In this document: positions 38,719-48,495 of the stretch, piece by piece
Position numbering within the stretch: the stretch's first letter is position 1
Layout: each line of letters starts with the position of its first letter
DNA from: Candidatus Dormiibacterota bacterium
GTDB lineage: Bacteria; Chloroflexota; Dormibacteria; Aeolococcales; Aeolococcaceae
Length of the DNA stretch: 64,000 nt
Direction: 5' to 3'
Assembly: GCA_003153505.1 (NCBI GenBank)
Contig: PLZA01000067.1
Span: 5,229-69,228 of the forward strand
The notes under the pieces: generated by a model
The model's input: the letters and a program-made list of their open reading frames with translations, nothing else
Told to the model about the DNA's origin: nothing
Database searches by the model: none
Position numbers and translations under genes: made by a program

Positions 38719-40863
38719 TCAGACCCAACTGTGCGTGCCGACGCAGACGGAGAGGGTTCGCGTGAGGAAGTCCAATTCCAGCTTCAGCAGGTTCTCCGCT
38801 ACCACGGGTTGCGGTGTCATATGCGTCACACCCGATAGGACGATCATGCTGTACGGCCGCCCTGCGGCTAGCAGCGCCGCCGCGAACCGAAGACTGTGGC
38901 CGATGACGACGTTGTCATCGGCCAAGCCGTGAACGATTAGCAGCGGACGCTCGAGCTTCGACGCCTCGCCGATTAGGGAGCAGCGGTCGTAGTTCTCGGG
39001 ATATTGGTTCGGGTCCCCAAGGTACCGCTCTTTGAAGTGGGTGTCGTACAGCCGAGCGTCCGAGTCGGGGGCGCCCGCGACAGCCGCGTGGAAGACGTCC
39101 GGCCGCCGCAATACCGCGGCGATTGACATAAAGCCGCCGAACGACCAGCCACGCATCGCCACTCGAGACAGATCGAGGTCCGCGTTCTCAGCGGCCAGCG
39201 CTTGAAGTGCATTGACCTGATCGGCCAGCGGCAGGCTCAGCGTGTCTCCCTTGATGCTCCGCTCCCACGCCAGTCCGCGGGCTGGCGTGCCGTGGCCATC
39301 TGTCACCACGACTGCGAATCCTTGGTCGGCGAACCACTGAGAGACTAGGTATCGCTCGCGCGAGGCAAGGACCCGTTGGCTCGATGGACCGCCGTAGGGA
39401 TCAAGCAGTACCGGCAACGCCCTGCTGCCGGGCACGTGCGACGAAGGCCACAGGACGGCGCACCGCAACTGATCGGGCCCAACCCGACTGATCACGATGT
39501 CAGGCTGGACGACTGGCGTCTCGGCAACCGACTCGATGTGTCCCACTTCCTCCGATCCCCGCCACACGCGGAACGTGGCGCCAGGGGCATCGAGTGAACG
39601 GGTCGTAACGATGGTGATGCCCGCGCCGCGTTGCCCATTGTGGACAGCCGGACCGTCCGCGACCCGAGTCAGGCCATCGGCCGCCGACCAGGTCCAGAGT
39701 TGGATCTCGGTGGGCTCCTCCGACGCGCTGAACAAGACGGCGTCGCCGTCGACATCGAGAACGGCTCGCAGCTCGAGTCCTGGCGGTGTCACGACCGTTT
39801 GCTCGATGAACAGCCGGCGGCTGCCGTCCCGGTCGACCGACCAGACGAGGTCTCCAGAGCTGGTGACGGCGGGCACACCAGGCACGATGTGCACCCAATC
39901 GTCGTCGTTCTCGGCACGGCGCAGATGGGTCGAGCCCGTCGCCGGATCCGCCTGGAGCACCTGCAGACGACGCTGCGCCCGATCCTCGACCAGAAGAAGT
40001 AGGACCCGCTCGGACCATGTGACAGCGACGAGGTACTCGAACTCGACGGAGTCCCACTCGACCGCAATCCGCGAGCCGTCAAGGGCCATCAACCACAGTG
40101 ATACGGCAGCATTCGGAGTACCGACTGCGGGGTAGGCTATCCGTTGCGGCGGGGTCGTCGGTTCGATTGGGTCGCAGATGTAGTAGTGCGACACTTTTGA
40201 AGTGTCCACCCTGGCGACGAGCAACTGCTTGCCGTCGGGTGACCACCAGTAGCCCCTGGTCCGGCCCATCTCCTCGGCCGCTATGAACTCGGCGGTCGCC
40301 CACTCCACATCGGGGTCGTCGCTCTCGACGAGGGACCGGTCGGCTGACCCGTCAACGTTGATCAGCCGTAGTCCGCCAGCAGAAACATAGGACACGACTT
40401 GGCCGGCCGGATCAAGCCGGGGGTCATAGACTGGGCCGCGAGCGGGCAGCTCCCGCACCTCGCCGGACACCGCGTCGGCCAGCCACAGCCGCCCATCCAA
40501 GCTGAACACCACGGCGCGGGCACTGCCGTCAGTCGCGTAGCTTGAGATGCCTTCTGAGAACTCCCGGGTCCGTTCCCGCCTCGCTAGCTCAGGCGCCGGC
40601 AGCCTCTCCGTCGTAGCCCCGAGCAGATCGTTTGGATCGACGAGAACCCGAGCCGAGCCATCCGCCACCTCCAGACGCCACAAGCACTTCACGGGATCCC
40701 TTCCGGTGCGAGTTCGCAGGAACAGCACCGCCGTGCCATCGGGGCAAATGTGGAAATCCCGAGGTACGCCCAGTGTGAATTGGCGAGTGCGGGCGTACTG
40801 GCTGGGAAAGCCCAATGGTGCCGCCGGTGGCGCAGAGGCAACTGGACTCGCGGTCAGCGGCAT
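38719..40863 (-). CDS. S9-family serine peptidase (dipeptidyl aminopeptidase / acylaminoacyl-peptidase-like, beta-propeller plus alpha/beta hydrolase)
   Basis: GWSFGG nucleophile elbow. DPPIV-like N-terminal propeller. Start taken at MPLTASP. Confidence 0.85.
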   Translation of the reverse strand: MPLTASPVASAPPAAPLGFPSQYARTRQFTLGVPRDFHICPDGTAVLFLRTRTGRDPVKCLWRLEVADGSARVLVDPNDLLGATTERLPAPELARRERTREFSEGISSYATDGSARAVVFSLDGRLWLADAVSGEVRELPARGPVYDPRLDPAGQVVSYVSAGGLRLINVDGSADRSLVESDDPDVEWATAEFIAAEEMGRTRGYWWSPDGKQLLVARVDTSKVSHYYICDPIEPTTPPQRIAYPAVGTPNAAVSLWLMALDGSRIAVEWDSVEFEYLVAVTWSERVLLLLVEDRAQRRLQVLQADPATGSTHLRRAENDDDWVHIVPGVPAVTSSGDLVWSVDRDGSRRLFIEQTVVTPPGLELRAVLDVDGDAVLFSASEEPTEIQLWTWSAADGLTRVADGPAVHNGQRGAGITIVTTRSLDAPGATFRVWRGSEEVGHIESVAETPVVQPDIVISRVGPDQLRCAVLWPSSHVPGSRALPVLLDPYGGPSSQRVLASRERYLVSQWFADQGFAVVVTDGHGTPARGLAWERSIKGDTLSLPLADQVNALQALAAENADLDLSRVAMRGWSFGGFMSIAAVLRRPDVFHAAVAGAPDSDARLYDTHFKERYLGDPNQYPENYDRCSLIGEASKLERPLLIVHGLADDNVVIGHSLRFAAALLAAGRPYSMIVLSGVTHMTPQPVVAENLLKLELDFLTRTLSVCVGTHSWV

Positions 40864-40867
40864 GTCA

Positions 40868-42631
40868 CTAATAGGACCAGTCCTCCGGGTTGAACAGGTT
40901 GAAGACATTCTGCGGAATGACACCCTTCAGCGAGGAATTGACGACGGTCACCGCACCGACCGCATTCGGCAGCCAAATCCACGGGAGCTCGCTCGCCACG
41001 TAGTTCTGGTAATTCGTGAGCGTGCCGGGGGCATTGGAGTAAAGGGTCTCGTTGATGAGACTGGTCGTCGTTGGATCGTTCCAGCTACCCGCATTCGATG
41101 CGGCGCCAGGAAGGAACATAGTTTCGCCGGTCGGGATGCCGCTGTAGCCGTCACGACCATAGTCCAGGAGCTGCCACGAGCAGTCTGGGGGGCAAGCGCC
41201 CGTTGCGAAGACTGTGTCCGCGGGAGCGCCCTTCAACTCGAACACGACGCCGGCCTGGCCGGCGACCGACTTCAGGACCTGTGCCTGCTGGCTGATCGCG
41301 AAGTCGCTCGAGTTGTACAGGAACGAGAAGCTCAAGGTCTGGTTCGCGGCCACACCCGCGCCGCACTCGTCGGCGGCAGTGCCTGGTCGGACGCACCTGT
41401 CGGCATCAGAGGTCGTGAGCGACCAGCCGTGGCTGCTCAGCAACGTCTTCGCCGCGGCAAGGTTGAAGCGGAACGGGTAGTTCTTCTCGTACGACGAGAC
41501 GAACGGGTTGTCCGGTTGGAGCGGCACCGGTCCTTGAGTCGGGTACGCGTATCCGGCGTACACAGTCTTGATGAGCTGGTCCTGCGGGACCAACATCTCA
41601 AGCACCTGCCGGATGTAGGTCTGGCGGAGCACCGGCCCAACCGTCGGGTTCTGAAGGTTGGGTACGTAATAGGCGATGCCCCAGGCGTCCTGGCCGACGA
41701 CGGTGTCGCCGGACTTCTGTAGCCTGCTGACGGCGTTCACATCACTCGGTGGGATATATCCGACGTCAATCTGGCCGGAGAGCACGGCGGCAAACTCCGA
41801 GGCATCGCTGGTGAACGGAACCTCAGTGAGCCGGGAAACCTTCGCCTTGTCCGCGCCCAAGTAGTTCGCGTTCGGAGTGAAGGATGCGTGGCCGTCCCGG
41901 CTGTACGCCGACAGCTTCCAAGGTCCGTCGACGGTCGTCCACAGCGGATTCGTCGCGTAGGTGTCGAGGTCCTTGGACTGCCCATCTAGGTAAGCGAACA
42001 CCGCCCGTGCGCCCGCCGGCGTCTGGTCAGTGTCGCCGATCGGGCCCGTGGCGCTGGTCTTGTCCCAGGCGTGCTGCGGAATCGGAGATATCGACGTCAG
42101 CTCGTTCCACGTAAACCACTGTTGGTTATAGTTGCGATCCAATTGCAGAATTATAGTGTGAGTGTCCTTAATCTGATACGACACAATGTCACTCGGGAAT
42201 GCGGTAGGTACATACCAGCAGTCCTGCGTTGCGTTTGCTTTCACTAGGTTCAGATAGAAGGCAATGTCGCGGCTCGTAATCGGCTGCCCGTCCGACCATT
42301 TCGCGGGCTTCAGGGTGATGGTGACCGTCTTGTCGCCGTACGTGATACCTGACTCCATGCTCTTGCCGGAGTCGATCTTCAGTTGCTGACCGTGGCCGAG
42401 CCAGACCAGTGGCCGCCACATCATGTACTCGAACTCGGGCAGGTTGGCGGTCGTGCAGTTGCTCGGCGGCAGCAGCGGGAAAATGTAGTTCGGCGCCGAC
42501 CCGGGTTGCTCGGCGAAGGCTACAGTGTTCGCTTTCGCGCCGGTGGATTTGTTCCCCCCTGACGAATTCGTGCACCCCGTGACCAGGACGACGACCATTA
42601 GGACGGCCGCGAGTGCTCCACGCCGGCGCAT
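40868..42631 (-). CDS. ABC transporter substrate-binding lipoprotein, family 5 (peptide/nickel, DppA/OppA-like)
   Basis: Signal peptide with lipobox (LVTGC). SBP_bac_5 architecture. Start at MRRRGALAAV. Confidence 0.85.
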   Translation of the reverse strand: MRRRGALAAVLMVVVLVTGCTNSSGGNKSTGAKANTVAFAEQPGSAPNYIFPLLPPSNCTTANLPEFEYMMWRPLVWLGHGQQLKIDSGKSMESGITYGDKTVTITLKPAKWSDGQPITSRDIAFYLNLVKANATQDCWYVPTAFPSDIVSYQIKDTHTIILQLDRNYNQQWFTWNELTSISPIPQHAWDKTSATGPIGDTDQTPAGARAVFAYLDGQSKDLDTYATNPLWTTVDGPWKLSAYSRDGHASFTPNANYLGADKAKVSRLTEVPFTSDASEFAAVLSGQIDVGYIPPSDVNAVSRLQKSGDTVVGQDAWGIAYYVPNLQNPTVGPVLRQTYIRQVLEMLVPQDQLIKTVYAGYAYPTQGPVPLQPDNPFVSSYEKNYPFRFNLAAAKTLLSSHGWSLTTSDADRCVRPGTAADECGAGVAANQTLSFSFLYNSSDFAISQQAQVLKSVAGQAGVVFELKGAPADTVFATGACPPDCSWQLLDYGRDGYSGIPTGETMFLPGAASNAGSWNDPTTTSLINETLYSNAPGTLTNYQNYVASELPWIWLPNAVGAVTVVNSSLKGVIPQNVFNLFNPEDWSY

Positions 42632-42940
42632 CACGCGTAGGCCCCTGCGTCTCCCGATTACGTCGCTGCTACCCATTTCGCCCGCTCCCGTACTTTGAGT
42701 GACCGCCTGTCGCAAGCGGCTGGATCCAGAGAGCATCCCACCCGGATCCAAGTCGTGTCAAGGGGTTGTCCGAACGGTCGTGGAATTTGAGGTGACGGTC
42801 CCCCGCGAGGCCTCTGCGTAGCAGAGACTCCGGGGAACTCAAAACCACCGACCCACGGAGGACCGTCACATGGGAACGTACCACCGCGGCCTGGACGTGG
42901 TCACGCCCAGCAGCGCGAAGCAGCTGGCAGCGCGGCGCAC

Positions 42941-44182
42941 ATGCCGGAGCACGTCACCGTCGCCATGGATGACCTCGCCGGCGCCTGCCGTGAAGGCTTG
43001 CTCGCGCTCGCCGTCGGGGCTGGTCTGCAGGTGATGCACACCCTGATCGAGGAGAGTGTCATCGCCGTCGCCGGACCCAAGGGCAAGCATGACCGCGATC
43101 GCCAGGTGACCCGTCATGGCACCGAGGATGGCGCCGTCACCCTGGGTGGCCGGCGTGTCCCCATCCGCCGTCCCCGGGTCCGCACCATCGACGGCAGCGC
43201 CGAGGTGTCGGTCCCGGCCTATGACCTGTTCGCCTCGCGCGACCTGCTCAACCGGATGGCTCTGGAGCGCATGCTCGCCGGGCTCTCGACGCGGCGCTAC
43301 CCGGCGGGCTTGGAGCCAGTGGGCAGCGAGGTCGAGGCCGCGGCCAGGGGCACCAAGAAGAGCGCGGTCAGCCGCCGTTACGTGGCCATGACCCGCACCG
43401 CGCTGTACGAGCTGATGGCCCGCCCGCTCGAGGCGCTGCGTCCAGTGGTGCTGATGATCGATGGCGAACACGTCGCCGATCACCTGTGCGTGGTTGCTCT
43501 GGTGATCGATGCCGATGGCAACAAGATCCCGGTCGGGCTGGTCGAGGGAGCGACCGAGAACGGCACCGTGGTCAAGGACCTGCTCGAGGACCTGGTGGCC
43601 CGCGGGCTCAACGTCAGCGGCGGCATCCTGGTCGTCATCGACGGCTCGCGCGCCCTGGCTGCGGCGGCGCGACGCGTCTTCGGCACGCGCGCCCTGGTGC
43701 ATCGCTGCCAAGTCCACAAGACTCGAAATGTGCTCGACCACCTGCCCAAGGAGAAGCACGGGTTCGTGGAGCGCAAGCTGCGCGCCGCCTACCAGCTCGA
43801 CGACCCCGAGCGAGCGCAGCGGGAGCTCACCGCCCTGGCCACGTCGCTGGAGCGGACCCATCCTGACGCCGCGGCCAGCCTCCGCGAAGGCCTGGCGGAG
43901 ACGCTCACGGTGAACCGACTGCAGCTGAGTCCGACCCTGCAGCGCACCCTGCGCACGACCAACTGCATCGAGTCGATGATCAGCATCTGCCGCACCACGG
44001 CGCGCAACGTCAAGCGCTGGCGCGACGGCGAGATGGCCTTGCGCTGGGTGGCTGATGGCATGAGCGAGGCACAGAAGCAGTTCCGCCGCGTCAAGGGCCA
44101 CCGCGACCTGCCACTGGTCGCCGCCGCCCTCACCCGTCACCTTGAAGATGTCAGACTTGACAAGAACACCAAGGCCGCGTAG
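42941..44182 (+). mobile_element. IS256-family (MULE) transposase, apparently full length
   Basis: …RCQVHKTRNVLDHLPK… and …NRLQLSPTLQRTLRTTNCIESMI… are diagnostic of actinobacterial IS256-family transposases. 413 aa with no internal stops. Confidence 0.85.
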
Positions 44183-44190
44183 CATGCATC

Positions 44191-45228
44191 ACGTCACCGA
44201 ACATCCACGACGGAAGGGACATCCCCGGCATACACAGTGACCTCACATACCTACGCGACCGTCTAACGGTTGCAAGAGACCTCCTGACCGATTCGGGCTC
44301 GGTTTTCGTACAAATCGGTGAAGAGAACATCCATCGCATCCGGCCCCTTATGGATGAGGTTTTTGGTGAGCCGAACTTCGTCAATACGATCGTCTTCAAG
44401 AAGAAGAGTGCGACCTACTCAACCGAGACCGTCTTCGATTACCTGGTTTGGTATTGCCGAAATAGAGAGTTGATCAAGGTGCGAGACCTCTATGAGCCGC
44501 GGTCGGCACCCGAGGGCGAAACAAAGTTCAACACCATAGTGACCCCGGACCTGGTGTTTCACAATGTGGCGTAACTCGGGGCGTCGGAAGCCGAGGCGTT
44601 GGTGAGGAGTGGCGGGGAATGGGCGCGGGTGAATTATCCCATTGTGAGCCAACATCCAAGCGACACTCGCAGCAAGGACTTCCCTTTTCGCGGCAAGATG
44701 AAACAATGCGGCACCAACAAGCAGTGGCGATTCGGGCCCGAAGATGGTCTGCTGCGACTGGAGAAGGCAGATAGGCTCTTTGATGGAGGTGGCGTCTCGC
44801 TCGGAGGCGTCGTTTTCTGGAGGGACTGGAATCAGGTAGCCCGATCCAACATCTGGGCTGACATGCACGGCGAGAAATTCCCAACGTACGTAGTTCAGAC
44901 AGCCACCGCGGCCGTACAACGTTGCATTCTAATGTGCACCGACCCAGGTGACCTTGTCCTCGATCCGATCTGCGGGTCGGGAACCACGGCATTCGTGTCC
45001 GAGCAGTGGGGTCGTCGCTGGATCACCGTTGATACCTCGCGTGTGGCGTTGGCGCTCGCTCGCGCGCGCATCATGGGTCACCGAGGCCTACGCTTCCCAT
45101 CCAGAACGCTTCGTTCGCGTCATGCCGCAGCCGCCGATGCTGCCAACCGCCGTCTGGATCAACCCACCCGAGCAGGAGGTGACGAAAACTCACTAATTAC
45201 CCGACCCGAGTTGTCTCAAAGGGGTTGA
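44191..45228 (+). pseudogene. N6-adenine/N4-cytosine DNA methyltransferase (beta-class, Mod-like), 5'-truncated with in-frame TAA
   Basis: …LTYLRDRLTVARDLLTDSGSVFVQIGEENIHRIRPLMDEVFGEPNFVNTIVFKK… then stop at 44575, then …CTDPGDLVLDPICGSGTTAFVSEQWGRRWITVDTSRVALALARARI (motif I). The DPPY region is missing at the IS256 junction. GC visibly lower than surroundings. Confidence 0.8.
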
Positions 45229-45692
45229 CAAGTTCCGGCATCCTCGCCGCTGGCGCGATGGTGTCCAAGCTGCTCTGGCCGACACCGGCGGACCAGAACA
45301 TCGACTGCACACTTTTGAGCGACGAGGACGAACAGGCACGGCAGCGAACTCTGGCCCGCGGCAAGAGACTGCGCACCGAACTGAAGATCAAGGGTATTCC
45401 TATTCTTGAGAGTCGAAAGGTCCGAAATGCTTTCGAGCACTTCGACGAGCGCCTCGACCGCTACCTCCTCGACCAAGGGAGCCGCTTCATCGGCGACAGG
45501 AATATCGGGCCCAAAGGACCGATCGTGCAGATCGGCGGCAAGCTCCCACCGTTTCTCCGCCATATCGATCCGCACGCCGGGACCGTATCCGTCCTTGACG
45601 AGGAGGTCGACTACCGGGAACTGTCTCGCGCAATCGCGGACGTTTCAGCCCGAGCATCCGAATGGCTGGGTCAGTTTCATAACGCACGATAA
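45225..45692 (+). CDS. Hypothetical protein (about 145-155 aa), no recognisable domain
   Basis: TTG at 45225 or ATG at 45258. Balanced, protein-like composition. 42 bp after the methyltransferase remnant and 15 bp before the next ORF. Confidence 0.5.
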   Translation: MTSSGILAAGAMVSKLLWPTPADQNIDCTLLSDEDEQARQRTLARGKRLRTELKIKGIPILESRKVRNAFEHFDERLDRYLLDQGSRFIGDRNIGPKGPIVQIGGKLPPFLRHIDPHAGTVSVLDEEVDYRELSRAIADVSARASEWLGQFHNAR

Positions 45693-45706
45693 GAGGACGG
45701 GTCACC

Positions 45707-46816
45707 TTGCCCAGCGAATATGTGCACCGGCAAGCCTGGGGCGTCGAGTTGCGATCGATTCGGGCCAACCGCCCGAAGCGAGCGCAGACGGGCGCGCGCG
45801 CTCAGACTTTTGGGGCGGCGCTCGAACAGGCGGAGCAACTCTGGCGTGCCAGCGAAGCCGTTGGGACCATCGCCAGTCCGCTTCTATTGTTCTATGGGCT
45901 GACGCAGGCGGGTCGGGCGATATGTGCCGGCGGAACTCCTGGCAACGCTTGGCGACCCGCCGAGAGCCACGGCCTCGCATTCCAATTCACGCGCCCCGCT
46001 AACGGCGCCAACCTAGACCTCGCCACGGTGGTAGTAAAGCCGAGCGGCGACGGCCTGATACAACAGGTCGCCCGCATCCTGGATTCGCCAGTCCTCAGTG
46101 GTCCAGCCACACTATCCGCACTGCTTGGCTCACTCGACGCGAAGCTGTTGTTCAGCGGTAGCCAGGTCGCGGACCCCAAACCTCTTGAGGTGCACGAGTG
46201 GACGAAGAACCTCACGACACTTGGCACTACAGCCACGAAGAGCCTGTTCCTCGCGCCAGCGCCGGATCGCTTCGCTGCAAACACCAGACTTGTCGCGGCT
46301 GGTCCACAGAATCTCGAACACACAAGAATCATTCCGCCCACCGGTGAACAGATCGCGGAATGGTTGGACACCTATCCGACGCTCCGCGGCCTGGGGGTGC
46401 CCACGGAGGTCCTGGGACCAGAGCCATCGTTGGATAGGTCCGACCGCGGTGACTGGGTCATCAAGCTCATCTGGGATACAGACGCGTCGATGGCCGGTAT
46501 CACGCAGAGCGATTGGACGGTGGAGCACCTCGATGAGCTGTACTCCTACGAGTGGAACGGAACATCCGGCGTCGTTCTCCCGGCGGTGGCGGGAAACACC
46601 GAAGCCCACGACCTCGTCGTCGCGTGGTGGCTTGTCCTGTACTGCCTGTCGATGCTTGCGAGGTACTACCCGAAAGAGTGGACCGAGATACTGGACGTGG
46701 ACCGAAGTCCACTCGCCGTACCTATCGAACACGTCCTATCAGTTGCCTACGCGGCCGTTCCGGCTCTCATCGCCTTTCGGCTCCGCTTGCTTCGCGGCAT
46801 GCAGGATCGAAGGTGA
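45707..46816 (+). CDS. Hypothetical protein (369 aa), no recognisable domain
   Basis: TTG start 9 nt after AAGAGGA RBS. No internal ATG for about 280 codons. Conserved-looking hydrophobic C-terminal segment (HDLVVAWWLVLYCLSMLARYYPKEW). Confidence 0.55.
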   Translation: MPSEYVHRQAWGVELRSIRANRPKRAQTGARAQTFGAALEQAEQLWRASEAVGTIASPLLLFYGLTQAGRAICAGGTPGNAWRPAESHGLAFQFTRPANGANLDLATVVVKPSGDGLIQQVARILDSPVLSGPATLSALLGSLDAKLLFSGSQVADPKPLEVHEWTKNLTTLGTTATKSLFLAPAPDRFAANTRLVAAGPQNLEHTRIIPPTGEQIAEWLDTYPTLRGLGVPTEVLGPEPSLDRSDRGDWVIKLIWDTDASMAGITQSDWTVEHLDELYSYEWNGTSGVVLPAVAGNTEAHDLVVAWWLVLYCLSMLARYYPKEWTEILDVDRSPLAVPIEHVLSVAYAAVPALIAFRLRLLRGMQDRR

Positions 46817-46945
46817 TCAAGGCGGCGTCGGCGAATGCGCCCGGTCGGACCTTCAAGGCGCGACAGTTTGCGCGCACGTCCGCCGCCACCGAGATCAACT
46901 ATCGTAAAGTGTAAGCGCTACGTGAGCGCCCGGGGCGTACACTCG

Positions 46946-47206
46946 ATGTGCATGGATCCTGCCTCCCGACTAGGCGAGACTTCCAAATCGCTGCTACTGA
47001 GCAAGGTTGCTGCGGCCCGGACTCTCAACGTTAGTGTTCGCCAGGTGACCCGGTTCGTCGCCAGCGGTCAGCTCGCGCCCATCAGGCTCGGACCGCGCCT
47101 GGTTCGGTTCACCCCCGCCGAGTTGGAAGCCTTCGTCGCGCGCCAGGCCGCATCGTCCCGGCCGCCGGAGTGGCCGGAGCTCGTGGGGCGACGGCGGCGG
47201 CGCTAG
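46946..47206 (+). CDS. Excisionase/HTH_17 (MerR-like) DNA-binding protein
   Basis: LLSKVAAARTLNVSVRQVTRFVASGQLAPIRLGPRLVRFTPAELEAFV. Immediately upstream of the integrase. Confidence 0.65.
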   Translation: MCMDPASRLGETSKSLLLSKVAAARTLNVSVRQVTRFVASGQLAPIRLGPRLVRFTPAELEAFVARQAASSRPPEWPELVGRRRRR

Positions 47207-47220
47207 GATTCGGCTGACAA

Positions 47221-48414
47221 ATGGCGAAACAACGGAAGCGAGCGCGCCGAGGTACTGGGAGCCACCGCATATGGCGTGGACGGCATCAGATTCGCGTTGT
47301 CATTGCTGGGAGGCTTCGCAGCTTCTCAGCCGATACGCTGGCCGAGGCGCAGGCCCTGGCGGACGTAGCAGCGCATCAAGCGGAGGCGCCCAGCGTCGCA
47401 GCCTCACCGACCGTGCGCGACTGGCTTGCCGAGTGGCTGACCCGCAAGCGGGCGAGCGTGCGGCCACAGACGTACTTCGCGTATGAAGCGCACGCGCGCC
47501 TGCACATCGTTCCGGCGATCGGACACGTTCGACTCGACGCCCTCGCCCCGTCTCACATCGACACGCTGCACGCCGCACTTGCCCGCAGGGTTAGCGGTAC
47601 CACCGCCCATCACGTCCACATGACACTCAAGGCAGCGCTCAACGGTGCTGCCAAGCGTGGTCACCGCGTGTCAAAAGCGCTTGCCGCCGTCGATGCTCCA
47701 CGCCGCCGCCCCAAGGATATCGAGACGCTGAGCCGCGAGGAGGTTGATCGCCTCCTGAAAGCGGCGTATGGTGACCCGCTCGAAGCTCTCTACGTCCTTG
47801 CCGTGACCCTGGGTATGCGCGAAGGCGAGCTGCTCGGCTTGCGCTGGCAGCACGTGCACCTTGAGGCTCGTCGCCTGGTGGTTGCCACCAACGCGACGCG
47901 GGCCCTCGATGGATCTCGAGTCCTGACCGCTCCCAAGACTGCCGCAGGCAAGCGGACACTGTATTTGCCAAGCATCGCCGTCGATGCACTCGTCCGCACC
48001 CCCCGCGCCGGTGATCTGGTGTGGCCCAATTCCGATGGGCAGCCGATGCCCGCTCAAACCTTGTTCTCGCGGCGCTGGTTGCCGATGCGGAAAGCAGCCG
48101 GGATACGACCGGTCTCGTTCCATGCCCTTCGGCACACTGCGGCGACCCTGGCCCTCGAGGACGGCCAGCCACCGCACGTGGTGGCGGCCATGCTTGGCCA
48201 TGCCAGCGTGGCCACGACCCTGCGCCTTTACGCACACGTTACCCATGCCAGCACAGAGGCGTTGGTTGACGCGATCGACGCCCGCTACGGACCGCGCTTG
48301 CGCGTCCTCTCGGAGGAGCTATTGGCCCGGTATTGGCCCAGCGAAACCGAAATCGGCTCCACTGCAACGGAATCGGAGTGCCGAGAAAGGGACTCGAACC
48401 CTTACGCCGCTTGA
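47221..48414 (+). CDS. Tyrosine-type site-specific recombinase (phage integrase family)
   Basis: SAM-like N domain plus catalytic R…HxxR…Y (…FHALRHTAATLAL…LGHASVATTLRLYAHV). 3' end runs into a tRNA-3'-end-like sequence. Confidence 0.9.
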   Translation: MAKQRKRARRGTGSHRIWRGRHQIRVVIAGRLRSFSADTLAEAQALADVAAHQAEAPSVAASPTVRDWLAEWLTRKRASVRPQTYFAYEAHARLHIVPAIGHVRLDALAPSHIDTLHAALARRVSGTTAHHVHMTLKAALNGAAKRGHRVSKALAAVDAPRRRPKDIETLSREEVDRLLKAAYGDPLEALYVLAVTLGMREGELLGLRWQHVHLEARRLVVATNATRALDGSRVLTAPKTAAGKRTLYLPSIAVDALVRTPRAGDLVWPNSDGQPMPAQTLFSRRWLPMRKAAGIRPVSFHALRHTAATLALEDGQPPHVVAAMLGHASVATTLRLYAHVTHASTEALVDAIDARYGPRLRVLSEELLARYWPSETEIGSTATESECRERDSNPYAA

Positions 48415-48420
48415 GCCTAC
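48372..48420 (-). other. tRNA 3'-half-like sequence (T-arm plus acceptor 3' strand): putative att site remnant
   Basis: Reverse complement reads …GGCGTAAGGGTTCGAGTCCCTTTCTCGGCA. A matching 5' acceptor strand or anticodon arm cannot be folded. Confidence 0.4.
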
Positions 48421-48495
48421 GCTGCGCAAGGCATTGCTCAAGGGGGGCCGTGAATGGCAATCCTCATGGCTACAGCCGGCGCTTCGGTATCGTCC

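Noticed and set aside
42760-42940. Possible IS256 terminal inverted repeats
   Set aside because: Not reported as a feature: only weak direct (not inverted) similarity (GACCGTCACAT / GACCTCACAT) was spotted by eye, so the ends cannot be defined without alignment.","why_rejected":"Only weak direct (not inverted) similarity (GACCGTCACAT / GACCTCACAT) was spotted by eye between the two flanks. IS ends cannot be defined without a computed alignment.
42866-44185. 439-aa minus-strand ORF
   Set aside because: Antisense shadow of the IS256 transposase.
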